A stretch of DNA of 64,000 bases from Candidatus Magasanikiibacteriota bacterium (lineage in GTDB: Bacteria; Patescibacteriota; Patescibacteriia; Magasanikbacterales; UBA922), in contig JACQQA010000004.1 of assembly GCA_016207245.1 (NCBI GenBank), positions 19,058 through 83,057 on the forward strand. Direction: 5' to 3'. This document shows positions 42,901-51,159 of the stretch, piece by piece. Numbering within the stretch: position 1 is the stretch's first letter; each line of letters opens with the position of its first letter. The notes under the pieces were generated by a model that made no database searches, was not told where the DNA came from, and worked only from the letters and a program-made list of their open reading frames with translations. A program made the translations under genes and the position numbers.

Positions 42901-42924
42901 ATAAAGCGGCAGGTTGGCGGTTAA
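39910..42924 (+). CDS. ileS: Isoleucyl-tRNA synthetase (type 2) with four in-frame repeat inserts
   Basis: PPFATGLPHYGHIL and KLSKSKRN. Inserts at 40536, 40765, 41993 and 42304. Confidence 0.93.
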   Translation: MPYDANKNELEILKFWQDNKIFEKSISERPENKPYVFYDGPPFATGLPHYGHILGSVIKDVVPRYQTMRGHRVRRRWGWDCHGLPIENLVEKELEVSGKKQIEEKLGVEKFNDTCRSKVLMYTKEWKKMVDRIGRWIEFDNAYKTMDSTYMESVWWALKTIWGKGLIYEGRKVLMYCPHCETPVSKAEVAMDDSYKDITEEAVVVKFKIQDTRNKQITKSKFKILKDRSVYILAWTTTPWTLPGNVALAVGKDIDYVLVEVDGENLILAKDRVEAVMGDKRYEIKPALSLSKGDKMKGSDLVGLEYEPLFEIPAIRETSKKAWYVTTADFVTTEEGTGVVHTAVVYGEDDYNLGIKIGLPVVPLLNDAGHFNEFAPEFIRGQYFKKSEKLIKDDLENRGLLFARENHTHSYPHCWRCDTQLFYNAISAWFIDIQKIKKRLIKLNEKINWFPEHLKHGRFLNILETAPDWNISRNRYWATPLPFWRCGEDGCDNVACVGSVAELKEKAINFEEAYDGKKIEEMDLHKHLMDKIKLKCDKCGGEMSRTPEVIDCWVESASMPFAEFHYPFENKAVFEKRFPGQYIGEYIAQTRAWFYYMHVMATLLFDDISFENVVCTGTILNEKGEKLSKSKRNYTDPWVIIEQYGVDALRYYLMTSVAMQADDLYFNDREVRDVYNKVINMLWNVVEFYKMYAGESHKVTKSVKSENVLDKWIMARLGQLVREVTENLDKYDTVRAGRPIKDFIDDLSTWYLRRSRDRFKGDNAEDKQAALATLHDVLYILSKVIAPFVPFMAERVYHVTWNMEHGTTRESVHLESWPTPADVTNDDVQLLQDMGKARKIVEMGLALRAEAGVRVRQPLSMLQVIGYKLQYELAKIVKEELNVKVVENVGDIEVVENIVVKEGGELKVALDTRLTNELKKEGLIREIIRAINQTRKEQKLTIQDRVTIIYETDDEILEQVFAEFGEEIKKAVLADELKEEKNDGAEADLDGHKIKLWIKRQVGG
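40536..40590. repeat. K-family AT-rich element in frame in ileS
   Basis: ACAAGACACAAGAAACAAACAAATTACAAA matches 11111-11140 with 1 mismatch, in a different reading frame. It is followed by GTCAAAATTCAAAATTTTAAAAG and a GACAGGTCG half-palindrome. Confidence 0.85.
40765..40789. repeat. H-family element, reverse orientation, in frame in ileS
   Basis: CCTGCCCTGAGCTTGTCGAAGGGAG is the reverse complement of CTCCCTTCGACAAGCTCAGGGCAGG. Encodes PALSLSKG. Confidence 0.8.
41993..42025. repeat. Tandem AAAGTCNN array in frame in ileS
   Basis: AAAGTCAT AAAGTCAC AAAGTCTGT AAAGTCAG encodes KVTKSVKS. A related array is at the fem 3' end, 56011-56037. Confidence 0.8.
42304..42330. repeat. Tandem heptamer array (AACATGG) x3 in frame in ileS
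   Basis: Encodes TWNMEHGT. Confidence 0.85.
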
Positions 42925-42929
42925 TTTTG

Positions 42930-42957
42930 TTGACAAGCAATTTTAGAGTGATAAAAT
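42930..42957 (+). promoter_or_regulatory. Candidate promoter of the ATP-grasp/KamA operon leader
   Basis: TTGACA (42930-42935), 16-nt spacer, TGaTAAAAT (42949-42957). Confidence 0.5.
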
Positions 42958-43064
42958 ATAGGTGGCGACATGCCACGCCTGTTGTATAAAAATTATGGAC
43001 CTTGAACGGTCTGATAACGAGGATCCTTTTCCTGGAAATAAATTGCGTAGCATTAAATTAAATA

Positions 43065-43100
43065 AACCCAAAGGGCGATAGCTTTTGGGTTATTTTGTTT
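43065..43100 (+). terminator. Terminator-like hairpin in the operon leader (possible attenuator)
   Basis: AACCCAAA(G) pairs with (C)TTTTGGGTT, 10-nt loop, then ATTTTGTTT. The 3' arm overlaps the TTG start candidate at 43085. Confidence 0.5.
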
Positions 43101-44164
43101 GTCTTGTGGATAAAGAAGGTTCGCCGCAATCCGTCGGCATTATTTACAGCGAGGTGAAAAGAGAGTATTTTCCCACTGAAACACAATATCTAACCGAGAA
43201 AGACGCTGAACATGACGCGAAGATAATCGGCGGTTATTTGGAGCGCATGGGAATAAAAGTTTTTTATTATCCCGGCACGCCGACCTTGGTAGTGGATTTG
43301 TTGCGCGATCGTCCGGAAATGGTGTTTAATTTGGTCGGTTCAATCCACGGCCAGGAATATCTGGCGTCAACCATCCCCGGGATTTTAGAGTCATTGGACA
43401 TTCCCTACACCGGCGCGGGAATCTTGGGAGAAACTCTGGCTTACAATAAATTTTTAGTTAAAGATCTTTTGCAGTCGCATGGCATTCCGGTTCCGCGCAG
43501 CCAGCTCTTTTCCTCGCCGAATTTGCTTTTAGATATGAAGATGCGTTTTCCGTTGATTACCAAGCTTAATGAAATCCACGGCGCCGTGGAGATAACCAAA
43601 GACGCGGTTTCTGACAGTGAAAAACATTTGCGTGAAAGGCTGAAGTTCTTAATTAACACTTATAAACAGCCGGCTTTGGCCGAGGAGTTCATCGCCGGAC
43701 GCGAGATTACGGCGATTGTGCTTGAAGGGCTGAATCGCAAAGTGTATTTGGCGGAAAAAATTTTTAAGGAAGAAAATAATCCCAACCAAATCGCTTCGTT
43801 TGAATACCAATGGACGGAAGAGGCGCATTATCAGAAATTTGAAGATCCTTATCTGGCCGATTTGGTAAAAAGGGCGTTTGACGTTTTGCGCATGTCGGAT
43901 TACGGCAAGTTTGATATTCGGATGGATCAATCAAACCGGTATTATTTTATTGACAGCAACTCCAACCCGGCATTCGGTCCGAAAGAGCTGGATTGCGCGA
44001 TTGCCAACATTCTTGGCCTGTATGGAATAGATTTTACGGAAATTTTGAAACGTTTGCTTTTAAATACCATGCGCGACGCTCAAGGCAAGGAAAGGTTGCC
44101 GTTCACTCCATCAGAAGGAAATTCTAATAATGAATCCACCACGAATGAATATGTCGCTGAATAG
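43085..44164 (+). CDS. ATP-grasp ligase, D-alanine--D-alanine ligase-like (1 of 2); start uncertain (TTG 43085 or GTG 43106)
   Basis: IPYTGAGILGETLAYNKFLVKDLLQSHGIPVP, FPLITK.., ALAEEFIAGREIT and a C-terminal FIDSNSNPAF-type Mg/ATP motif. Confidence 0.75.
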   Translation: MGYFVCLVDKEGSPQSVGIIYSEVKREYFPTETQYLTEKDAEHDAKIIGGYLERMGIKVFYYPGTPTLVVDLLRDRPEMVFNLVGSIHGQEYLASTIPGILESLDIPYTGAGILGETLAYNKFLVKDLLQSHGIPVPRSQLFSSPNLLLDMKMRFPLITKLNEIHGAVEITKDAVSDSEKHLRERLKFLINTYKQPALAEEFIAGREITAIVLEGLNRKVYLAEKIFKEENNPNQIASFEYQWTEEAHYQKFEDPYLADLVKRAFDVLRMSDYGKFDIRMDQSNRYYFIDSNSNPAFGPKELDCAIANILGLYGIDFTEILKRLLLNTMRDAQGKERLPFTPSEGNSNNESTTNEYVAE

Positions 44165-45182
44165 AATCGCTTTTCTTTACAATGTGCGGCGCAATTATCC
44201 GGATCCCAATGAAAAACAGGTTCAGCTTGACACTGATTTTGACGACCCGGCAACGATTGATTCGTTTGTCAAGCATCTACAAAATTTGAATTTAACCGTT
44301 TTGCCGATTGAAGCGGATGAATCAGCGTATTTGCGCTTGCAGGAAAATAAAGACAAAATAGATCTGGTGTTTAATTTCGCGGAAGGTCTACACGGCCGTG
44401 ATCGCGAGTGCCAGATTCCCGCTATGTTGGAGATGCTAAAAATTCCTTACACCGGCGGTTCGCCTCTGACTGAAGCTCTGGTTTTGGATAAGGCGATTGC
44501 CAAAGATGTTTTACGGTCTCATGGGGTTCCGGTTCTACCACATCAAGTATTTTCAACTGAAACCGAAGAGCTGGATCTGGAATTAAAATTTCCTTTGATT
44601 GTAAAACCGAACTCGCAGGGTTCATCAGCCGGCATAACCAATGACAGCGTAGTTGAAAACGAGAATGAGTTGCGCCGCCAGTTGAAATTTGTTATCAGCA
44701 ATTTTAAACAAAAAGCGTTGGTAGAACCGTTTTTGGACGGTCGGGAATTTTCCGTCCCGATGTTGGGAAATAATCCGCCGGAAATTTTACCGATAATTGA
44801 ATCTGACCACTCAACTTTGCCGGCCGGATTAAAACCGCTCGATTCTTTGGAAGTAAAATGGATTGTGGAGGAAGAAAGCGGCGGCGCGAATTTTATTTGT
44901 CCGGCCAAAATCAGTCCTGATTTAGAAGAAAAAATTAAACAGATTTGTTTACAAACATGGGAAGTTTTGCGGCTATGCGATTTTTGCAGAATTGACATCC
45001 GCTGCGATCGCGCCGGCAATCCGTATGTTTTGGAAGTTAATTCTCCGGCCGGATTAATTCCGCCGGAAGTATCCATGACTTCGTATTTCCCGCTCTCCGC
45101 CCGCGTCGCCGGAATGGATTATGAAACGCTTTTAAAGAAAATTCTTTCCGCCGCCTGTCATCGCTACGGCATTACTTATTAA
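44130..45182 (+). CDS. ATP-grasp ligase, D-alanine--D-alanine ligase-like (2 of 2)
   Basis: IPYTGGSPLTEALVLDKAIAKDVLRSHGVPV, FPLIVKPNSQGSSAGI, ALVEPFLDGREFSV, VLEVNSPAG. Overlaps the upstream gene; alternative ATGs at 44148 and 44154. Confidence 0.8.
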   Translation: MNPPRMNMSLNRIAFLYNVRRNYPDPNEKQVQLDTDFDDPATIDSFVKHLQNLNLTVLPIEADESAYLRLQENKDKIDLVFNFAEGLHGRDRECQIPAMLEMLKIPYTGGSPLTEALVLDKAIAKDVLRSHGVPVLPHQVFSTETEELDLELKFPLIVKPNSQGSSAGITNDSVVENENELRRQLKFVISNFKQKALVEPFLDGREFSVPMLGNNPPEILPIIESDHSTLPAGLKPLDSLEVKWIVEEESGGANFICPAKISPDLEEKIKQICLQTWEVLRLCDFCRIDIRCDRAGNPYVLEVNSPAGLIPPEVSMTSYFPLSARVAGMDYETLLKKILSAACHRYGITY

Positions 45183-45216
45183 CTTATTTACTTACACACT
45201 TACATACTTACAAACT
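45183..45216. repeat. CTTACACA-type array in the spacer upstream of kamA
   Basis: CTTATTTACTTACACACTTACATACTTACAAACT; same unit family as 9677-9707. Confidence 0.75.
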
Positions 45217-45222
45217 CCGTCT

Positions 45223-46167
45223 ATGCTTGCCACTCGCCTGTCGCCTTATTTGGAAAAATTAACCAGAAAATGTCCGGCGATTCAACGGGAATTTGTGCCG
45301 ACAAAAAATGAGGGTCAGGATGAGACCGGTACTTTTGATGATCCTTTGGTAGAGGAGCGGCATACGGTTACTCGCGGTTTGGTCCACAAATACGGCAATC
45401 GTGCTTTAGTGTTGTTGACCATGAATTGCGCGGCGTATTGCCGTTTTTGCACGCGCCGGCGCAAAGTGTCTGACATAGAAAGAGGAATCATCAGAGAGCG
45501 GGATTTGAACAATATGGTAAAATACATTAAACGGCATCCAGAAATTAAAGAGCTGTTATTTTCCGGCGGGGACCCCACGACCGTGCCGGCGATTCTGAAA
45601 AGAGCGCTGCAAAAATTTACAAAATTGCCCCAAATAAAAATCATCCGCGTAGCTTCTCGTCTGCCGGCTTCCAATCCGAAAATGGTTAACAAACAATTGA
45701 TTGACGCGTTAAAAGTTGTAAAAAAACAGCCGCTCTACCTGATGATCCATTTTGAGCATCCTGAAGAAATCACCTCCGACTCGATTATCGCCGTCAAAAA
45801 ACTGCAAAAAGTCGCCACCATGTGTTTGAATCAGTCAATATCATTAAAAGGCGTTAATGATTCAGTGGAGATTTTGCAGGCGTTATTCAGCAAGCTGATA
45901 GAAATCGGAGTTAAGCCGTACTACCATTATCGTTGCGATCCGGTGAAAGGCGCGGAACATTTTATCGTGGATTTTAAGCGGGAGGTGGAAATTTTTACCA
46001 AGCTCCGCACTCGCTTGAGCGGTTTAGCAACGCCAATGTATGTGATTGACGCTCCGGGCGGGGCAGGCAAAGTCCCGGTGCCGCTTAATTTCTGGAATTT
46101 TGACCATAAGGGTTATAGGGATTTTAAGGGAAAGAAGTTGACAGTGGTGGAAGGCCGGCAAGATTGA
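45223..46167 (+). CDS. kamA: Lysine 2,3-aminomutase family radical-SAM enzyme (KamA-like, short form)
   Basis: NCAAYCRFCTRRR (CxxxCxxC), LFSGGDPT, PYYHYRCDPVKGAEHF, YVIDAPGGAGKVPVP. Confidence 0.85.
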   Translation: MLATRLSPYLEKLTRKCPAIQREFVPTKNEGQDETGTFDDPLVEERHTVTRGLVHKYGNRALVLLTMNCAAYCRFCTRRRKVSDIERGIIRERDLNNMVKYIKRHPEIKELLFSGGDPTTVPAILKRALQKFTKLPQIKIIRVASRLPASNPKMVNKQLIDALKVVKKQPLYLMIHFEHPEEITSDSIIAVKKLQKVATMCLNQSISLKGVNDSVEILQALFSKLIEIGVKPYYHYRCDPVKGAEHFIVDFKREVEIFTKLRTRLSGLATPMYVIDAPGGAGKVPVPLNFWNFDHKGYRDFKGKKLTVVEGRQD

Positions 46168-46233
46168 CTTTTATTACAAAGCTGTTAAAATAGTCCTCAT
46201 AAGGGATTATTTTAATTATGTTAATTATCAGCT

Positions 46234-47208
46234 ATGTTGACCATCAAACAAATTTTTGATCTCGGATTAAAACTGGCGATCGCGGCTGATCCGCGCGGAA
46301 AAAAAGGAGTAGAAAAATATCTGTCGCGCGTTAAAAAAGAATACGAGGAAATGAAGCCGAAAGACAAAGCATATTTTGAAAAAGACAGGCTAACGAATCC
46401 TTACGCGGACAGCCGTTTGCATGTGGGCAGTGAGCGGACAGAAGTCAAAAGAATTCTTGCCGGCATTGATATCGGATCCGGCGAGGTTTTGCTGGCTTCG
46501 CAGTTGAACGAACGCGGCAAACCGATTGATTTAATCATCGGCCACCATCCTTTGGGGCGCGGTTTGGCCGATTTGCATGGCGTAATGGATATCCAAGTGG
46601 CAGTATTTGAGAACTTAGGCATGCCGGTTCATATCGCGGAAAAGCTGATGGAGGAAAGAATCAAAGAAGTAGCGCGGAGCGTTCATCCGGCCAATCATTA
46701 TCAAGTGATTGATTTGGCCAAAGCGTTAAAAATTAATTTGCTGAACACGCACACGATAACTGATAATTTGGTTAAAAAATTTGTTCGCGATTATGTCGTC
46801 AAACGCAAGCCAGACACGATCAGCGATTTGTTAGATGTTCTATTGGAGATTCCGGAATATCAGGAAGCCAAACGCCGCGGCGCCGGGCCGAAACTCTTTG
46901 CCGGCGATCCGAGCCATCGCGTGGGCAAATTTGTGGTGGAAATGACCGGAGGCACCAGTCCGGCGAGCAAAATTTATGAAGAAGTATCGCGCGCAGGCAT
47001 CAGTACTACCATCGGCATGCATATGCGCGACGATTCGCGCGATAAAGCCAGCGAGCACCATATGAATGTCGTTATCGCCGGTCACATGTCTTCCGACTCA
47101 CTCGGCATGAACTTGTTTTTGGATGAATTGGAGAATAAGGGAATTGATATTACGCCATGCAGCGGGTTGACAAGGGTGAGTAGGGTGAAAAAAGCGGCGA
47201 AGCCGTAA
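46234..47208 (+). CDS. NIF3/DUF34-family dinuclear-metal protein
   Basis: DLIIGHHPLGRG and C-terminal VIAGHMSSD motifs. Confidence 0.75.
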   Translation: MLTIKQIFDLGLKLAIAADPRGKKGVEKYLSRVKKEYEEMKPKDKAYFEKDRLTNPYADSRLHVGSERTEVKRILAGIDIGSGEVLLASQLNERGKPIDLIIGHHPLGRGLADLHGVMDIQVAVFENLGMPVHIAEKLMEERIKEVARSVHPANHYQVIDLAKALKINLLNTHTITDNLVKKFVRDYVVKRKPDTISDLLDVLLEIPEYQEAKRRGAGPKLFAGDPSHRVGKFVVEMTGGTSPASKIYEEVSRAGISTTIGMHMRDDSRDKASEHHMNVVIAGHMSSDSLGMNLFLDELENKGIDITPCSGLTRVSRVKKAAKP

Positions 47209-47258
47209 GACATAAGCCGTAAGCCGTGGGTTTATAAGTGTGTAGTTTATATAAAAAA

Positions 47259-47285
47259 GGCGGACGTGAGTCCGTCTTTTTCTTT
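47259..47285 (+). terminator. Intrinsic terminator after the NIF3 gene
   Basis: GGCGGAC-GTGA-GTCCGTC followed by TTTTTCTTTT. Confidence 0.75.
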
Positions 47286-47336
47286 TGTTTTTATTGTGGT
47301 ATAATATCTTTACTTGATTTAAGTATTTTTTGTTAT

Positions 47337-48593
47337 ATGTCCGACACCACAATCAAAAAAATCTTCGCTCGCGAGATTCTGGATTCGCGGGGAAATCCGA
47401 CCGTGGAAGCGACAGTGTTTTTAAGCGACGGTTCAAGCGGAACCGCGGCGGTGCCATCAGGCGCGTCAACCGGCGCGCATGAGGCTTTGGAATTGCGCGA
47501 CGGGTCGCCGAAACGATATGGCGGCAAGGGCGTGTTAAGAGCAATTAAAAATATAAACATTCTGATTGCCAATCATTTGCATGGCAATGACGCGCTGAAC
47601 CAGCGCCGGATAGACAAAATGATGTTGGATTTGGATGGCACAGATAATAAAAGCAAGCTTGGCGCGAACGCGATTTTGGCGGTTTCAATGGCGGTTTGCC
47701 GCGCCGCAGCCAATTCTTGCGGTTTGCCTTTATATAAATATTTAAGAAAAACTTTTGTTTTGCCGGAAAAAGGCTGGCGCCTGCCGATTCCAACCATGAA
47801 TATTTTGAACGGCGGGCGGCACGCGGATAATAATTTATCCATTCAGGAATTCATGATTATCCCGCTTAACAAGCAATTCAGCGAGCGAATAAGAATGGGT
47901 TCGCAGATTTTTCATTCTCTGTCCGCGATTTTGAACCAGAAAGGATATGCCACGAGCGTTGGCGATGAAGGCGGATTCGCGCCGGACTTGCTGAATAACG
48001 AGCGCGCGATTCAGCTTATTATTCAGGCGATCAAAACCGCCGGCTTCGTCCCCGGCAAGCAGGTATTTGTCGGTCTGGATGTCGCGGCATCGGAATTTTA
48101 CCGCCATGGCAGATATTATTTTGAGAGCAAGAAGCAGGGTTTTACCGCGGAAAAAATGACGCGCATTTTAGACGGTTGGATTAAAAAATATCCACTGTTA
48201 TCAATTGAAGACGGTTTGGCGGAAGATGATTGGGAGAATTGGAAGATATTAACACGCCAGCTTGGACGAAAAATTACTGTGGTTGGCGATGATTTGTTTG
48301 TTACGAATGTTAAACGATTGCAAAAAGGGATTAATGAAAAAGCCGCTAACGCGATTTTGATAAAATTAAACCAGATCGGTTCGGTGTCGGAAACCATTGA
48401 CGCGATTTATTTAGCCAAGAAAAATAGTTACAAAGTTTCCATTTCCCATCGTTCCGGCGAGACCGCGGACACTTTTATCGCTGATTTGTCAGTCGCGGTA
48501 AATTCCGATTTCATCAAAAGCGGCTCATTATCCCGTTCCGAGCGAGTGGAAAAGTATAATCGGTTGATGAAAATAGAATCGGAAATATCTTAA
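47337..48593 (+). CDS. eno: Enolase
   Basis: [16 protein letters not shown] and [15 protein letters not shown]. Start ATG 47337; TGGTATAAT at 47297-47305. Confidence 0.93.
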   Translation: MSDTTIKKIFAREILDSRGNPTVEATVFLSDGSSGTAAVPSGASTGAHEALELRDGSPKRYGGKGVLRAIKNINILIANHLHGNDALNQRRIDKMMLDLDGTDNKSKLGANAILAVSMAVCRAAANSCGLPLYKYLRKTFVLPEKGWRLPIPTMNILNGGRHADNNLSIQEFMIIPLNKQFSERIRMGSQIFHSLSAILNQKGYATSVGDEGGFAPDLLNNERAIQLIIQAIKTAGFVPGKQVFVGLDVAASEFYRHGRYYFESKKQGFTAEKMTRILDGWIKKYPLLSIEDGLAEDDWENWKILTRQLGRKITVVGDDLFVTNVKRLQKGINEKAANAILIKLNQIGSVSETIDAIYLAKKNSYKVSISHRSGETADTFIADLSVAVNSDFIKSGSLSRSERVEKYNRLMKIESEIS

Positions 48594-48595
48594 TG

Positions 48596-48648
48596 ATTGT
48601 TAAATTATTAAATTGCTAAATTGTTATTTTCGTAGTTCGTAAGTTCGC
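48596..48648. repeat. Heptamer arrays (TAAATTG-type, then GTAGTTC/GTAAGTTC) right after the eno stop
   Basis: ATTGTTAAATTATTAAATTGCTAAATTGTTA. The related copy ACTAAATTGTTAAATTGTT lies after the fem stop (56041-56067). Confidence 0.75.
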
Positions 48649-48671
48649 ACATTTGGTATAATCGTATTACT

Positions 48672-51122
48672 GTGAAGGAGAAAATTAAAAAAGTCAGATG
48701 TTGTTCACTCTGCCGCCAGCCTGGGCATACAAAAAAAGATTGTCAAGCGGGGCGAGTGAAAGAAAAAAACACGAGCGGGAAGTTCGTGTTAATTGGCGTT
48801 CAGCAAAAACACCAGAAATCATCGCATGTTATTAATCTTAAAGATAAAAAACCGGAATCAATTTGGGATGACGTGAAAGTGTTTAGCGAGAATAGAGTGC
48901 CAACAACCGAGCGCCGTGTGGTCAATTTGGCGGAAATGATCAGAGCCAACGAATCGCAGAGAAACAAGATTAACCGTCCGCTAATTGAGCTACCACAGCC
49001 CACTAATACGCGACCACTAATAGACACCAATTTGAAAAAGGTAATGTTTTTATCTCCCTTCGGCAAGCTCAGGGCAAGCTCTATCTCTTATTTCCCATCT
49101 CTTATCACTGTCACGATTAAAGAGCGGATTGTTGGAGCAAAAGAAGGGATAGTAAATGGCGTTTGTTTGGTAAAAGAAAGAATGGTGAGTGTACTTACTT
49201 TCAAAAAGTTTGCTTACAGCGTCATATCAGTCGCGCTTTTGGCCGCGTTACCTTTTCCCGCCATCGGTTATTATTCCAGCGTGAAAGATACCAGCGCGCG
49301 AGTGGTGGAGGCGAGCACGAACGCGTTTTTGTCTTTGCAGTCATCAACTGTCGCGGCGATGAACGCGGATTTGGGCCAAGCTGAATATGATTTGAACGCG
49401 GCGCTGGAATCTTTTCAAACCGCTGATTTGATTTTAGATAAAGAGCACCGCGCTTTGCAATATGTGGCGAGCGTATTACCAATTATCGGTCGGCAAGTCA
49501 AAAGTCGCCAGCATTTGTTGGTCGCCGGACATCATTTGGCTTTGGGCAATACGTATTTAGTAAAAGGAATTGAAGAAATTAATAAACAAAATCAGCTGTC
49601 ATTGGGCGATAAGATTGGGCTTTTAGCCGACTATCTCCGTTCCGCTGCGCCGCAATATGAAGAAGCGTTAACGGAATTGGACGGCGTCTCTTCGGAGGTT
49701 GTGCCCGCGGAGTATCAAAAATCATTTGTTGATTTTAAACTGCTTTTTGCCGCTTTTGTTAATGATCTGCGGGATTTAATCGGCCTCGCGGACGCGCTGG
49801 AAGCCGGTTTCGGCCATGATCAGTTGAGGCGTTATCTGCTGGTGTTTCAAAACAATGATGAATTGCGGCCCACCGGCGGGTTTATGGGAAGTTTCGCGCT
49901 GTTGGATGTGCAAAAAGGCAGGGTTGTCAACTTAGATATTCCCGGCGGCGGCACCTATGATCTGCAAGGCCAGTTGGACGAATATGTGAAACCGCCGTTG
50001 CCGTTGCAGTTATTAAATAAGCGTTGGGAGTTTCAGGACGCGAATTGGTTTCCGCATTTTCCGACAGCCGCGAAAAAAATCGCGTGGTTTTACGAACACG
50101 GCAGGGGAGCCACGGTTGACGGCGTGATTGCGATCAATGCCACAGTTCTAGAACGTTTGTTATCAGTGTTCGGACCGGTGCAAAGCGCGGATAAAAATTT
50201 AGTTATCGCCAGTTCTGACGCGGTGGAAAAATTGCAACAGCAGATTGAATTTGATTACAACAAAAATGAAAATAAGCCGAAAGAAGTTTTGTCGGAATTG
50301 GCGCCGCAGATTTTGGTCGAATTCGGCAAGTTGGATACGGTCGGCGTAATGCGCTTGGTCAGCGAATTGGAAGATGCTTTGCAAAAAAAAGAAATCCAAT
50401 TATATTTTAATGATGATTCAACGCAGGCTAAGATGGTTGAGTTCGGCTGGGCCGGCGGAATCAGCCCGGTCGCGGCAACCCAAGACTATTTATCGGTTGT
50501 TAATGCCAATATCCACGGCCAGAAGTCAGACGCTAAAATTAAACAGTCAATTGAACACCAAGCCGTGGTCCAATCAGACGGTTCAATTATAGACACGGTG
50601 TTTGTGCGTCGGACGCATACTGGTGTTGAGGGTGTGCCGCTTTATGGCGTGAATAATGTTGATTACTTAAGAATTTATGTGCCAAAAGGGTCGGAATTGT
50701 TGGAGGCGGGCGGGTTTACATTTCCACCTGAGGACGTTTTTCGGGTGCCGGAAGATTGGTACAAAGATGATGTTGATTTGGCAAAACAGGAGAAAGAAGC
50801 CGGCATTCATCCGCAGAGCGGAACGCGGATTACCAATGAATTTGGCAAAACTGCTTTTGGCAATTGGGTGATGGCCGCGCCGGGCAATACCGCTACCGCG
50901 TATTTTGTTTATCGTTTGCCGTTTAAAGCCGATCCCCGCTATAGTTTATTGGCGCAAAAACAATCCGGCATAGACAGTGATTTTACCACTCAAGTGATTT
51001 ATCCGGACGGCTGGTCGCCGGTGTGGTCGGCTGATGGACAAATGCAGTTAGCTTCCAACGGCGCGTCGTATTCAGGTATTTTGGAAGAGGATAAAGTAGT
51101 GGGGGTGGTGATGGGGAGATAA
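48672..51122 (+). CDS. DUF4012-domain envelope protein with N-terminal CCHC zinc-knuckle-like motif
   Basis: LLVFQNNDELRPTGGFMGSFALLDV (DUF4012). N-terminal CSLCRQPGHTKKDC. TM at FAYSVISVALLAALPFPAIGYY. GTG start 9 nt after TGGTATAAT (48654-48662). Confidence 0.8.
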   Translation: MKEKIKKVRCCSLCRQPGHTKKDCQAGRVKEKNTSGKFVLIGVQQKHQKSSHVINLKDKKPESIWDDVKVFSENRVPTTERRVVNLAEMIRANESQRNKINRPLIELPQPTNTRPLIDTNLKKVMFLSPFGKLRASSISYFPSLITVTIKERIVGAKEGIVNGVCLVKERMVSVLTFKKFAYSVISVALLAALPFPAIGYYSSVKDTSARVVEASTNAFLSLQSSTVAAMNADLGQAEYDLNAALESFQTADLILDKEHRALQYVASVLPIIGRQVKSRQHLLVAGHHLALGNTYLVKGIEEINKQNQLSLGDKIGLLADYLRSAAPQYEEALTELDGVSSEVVPAEYQKSFVDFKLLFAAFVNDLRDLIGLADALEAGFGHDQLRRYLLVFQNNDELRPTGGFMGSFALLDVQKGRVVNLDIPGGGTYDLQGQLDEYVKPPLPLQLLNKRWEFQDANWFPHFPTAAKKIAWFYEHGRGATVDGVIAINATVLERLLSVFGPVQSADKNLVIASSDAVEKLQQQIEFDYNKNENKPKEVLSELAPQILVEFGKLDTVGVMRLVSELEDALQKKEIQLYFNDDSTQAKMVEFGWAGGISPVAATQDYLSVVNANIHGQKSDAKIKQSIEHQAVVQSDGSIIDTVFVRRTHTGVEGVPLYGVNNVDYLRIYVPKGSELLEAGGFTFPPEDVFRVPEDWYKDDVDLAKQEKEAGIHPQSGTRITNEFGKTAFGNWVMAAPGNTATAYFVYRLPFKADPRYSLLAQKQSGIDSDFTTQVIYPDGWSPVWSADGQMQLASNGASYSGILEEDKVVGVVMGR
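49054..49081. repeat. H-family element in frame in the DUF4012 gene
   Basis: CTCCCTTCGGCAAGCTCAGGGCAAGCTC encodes SPFGKLRAS. Confidence 0.75.
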
Positions 51123-51159
51123 ATTTTCAATTTTTCCTTTTTTATATATAATACCGACT

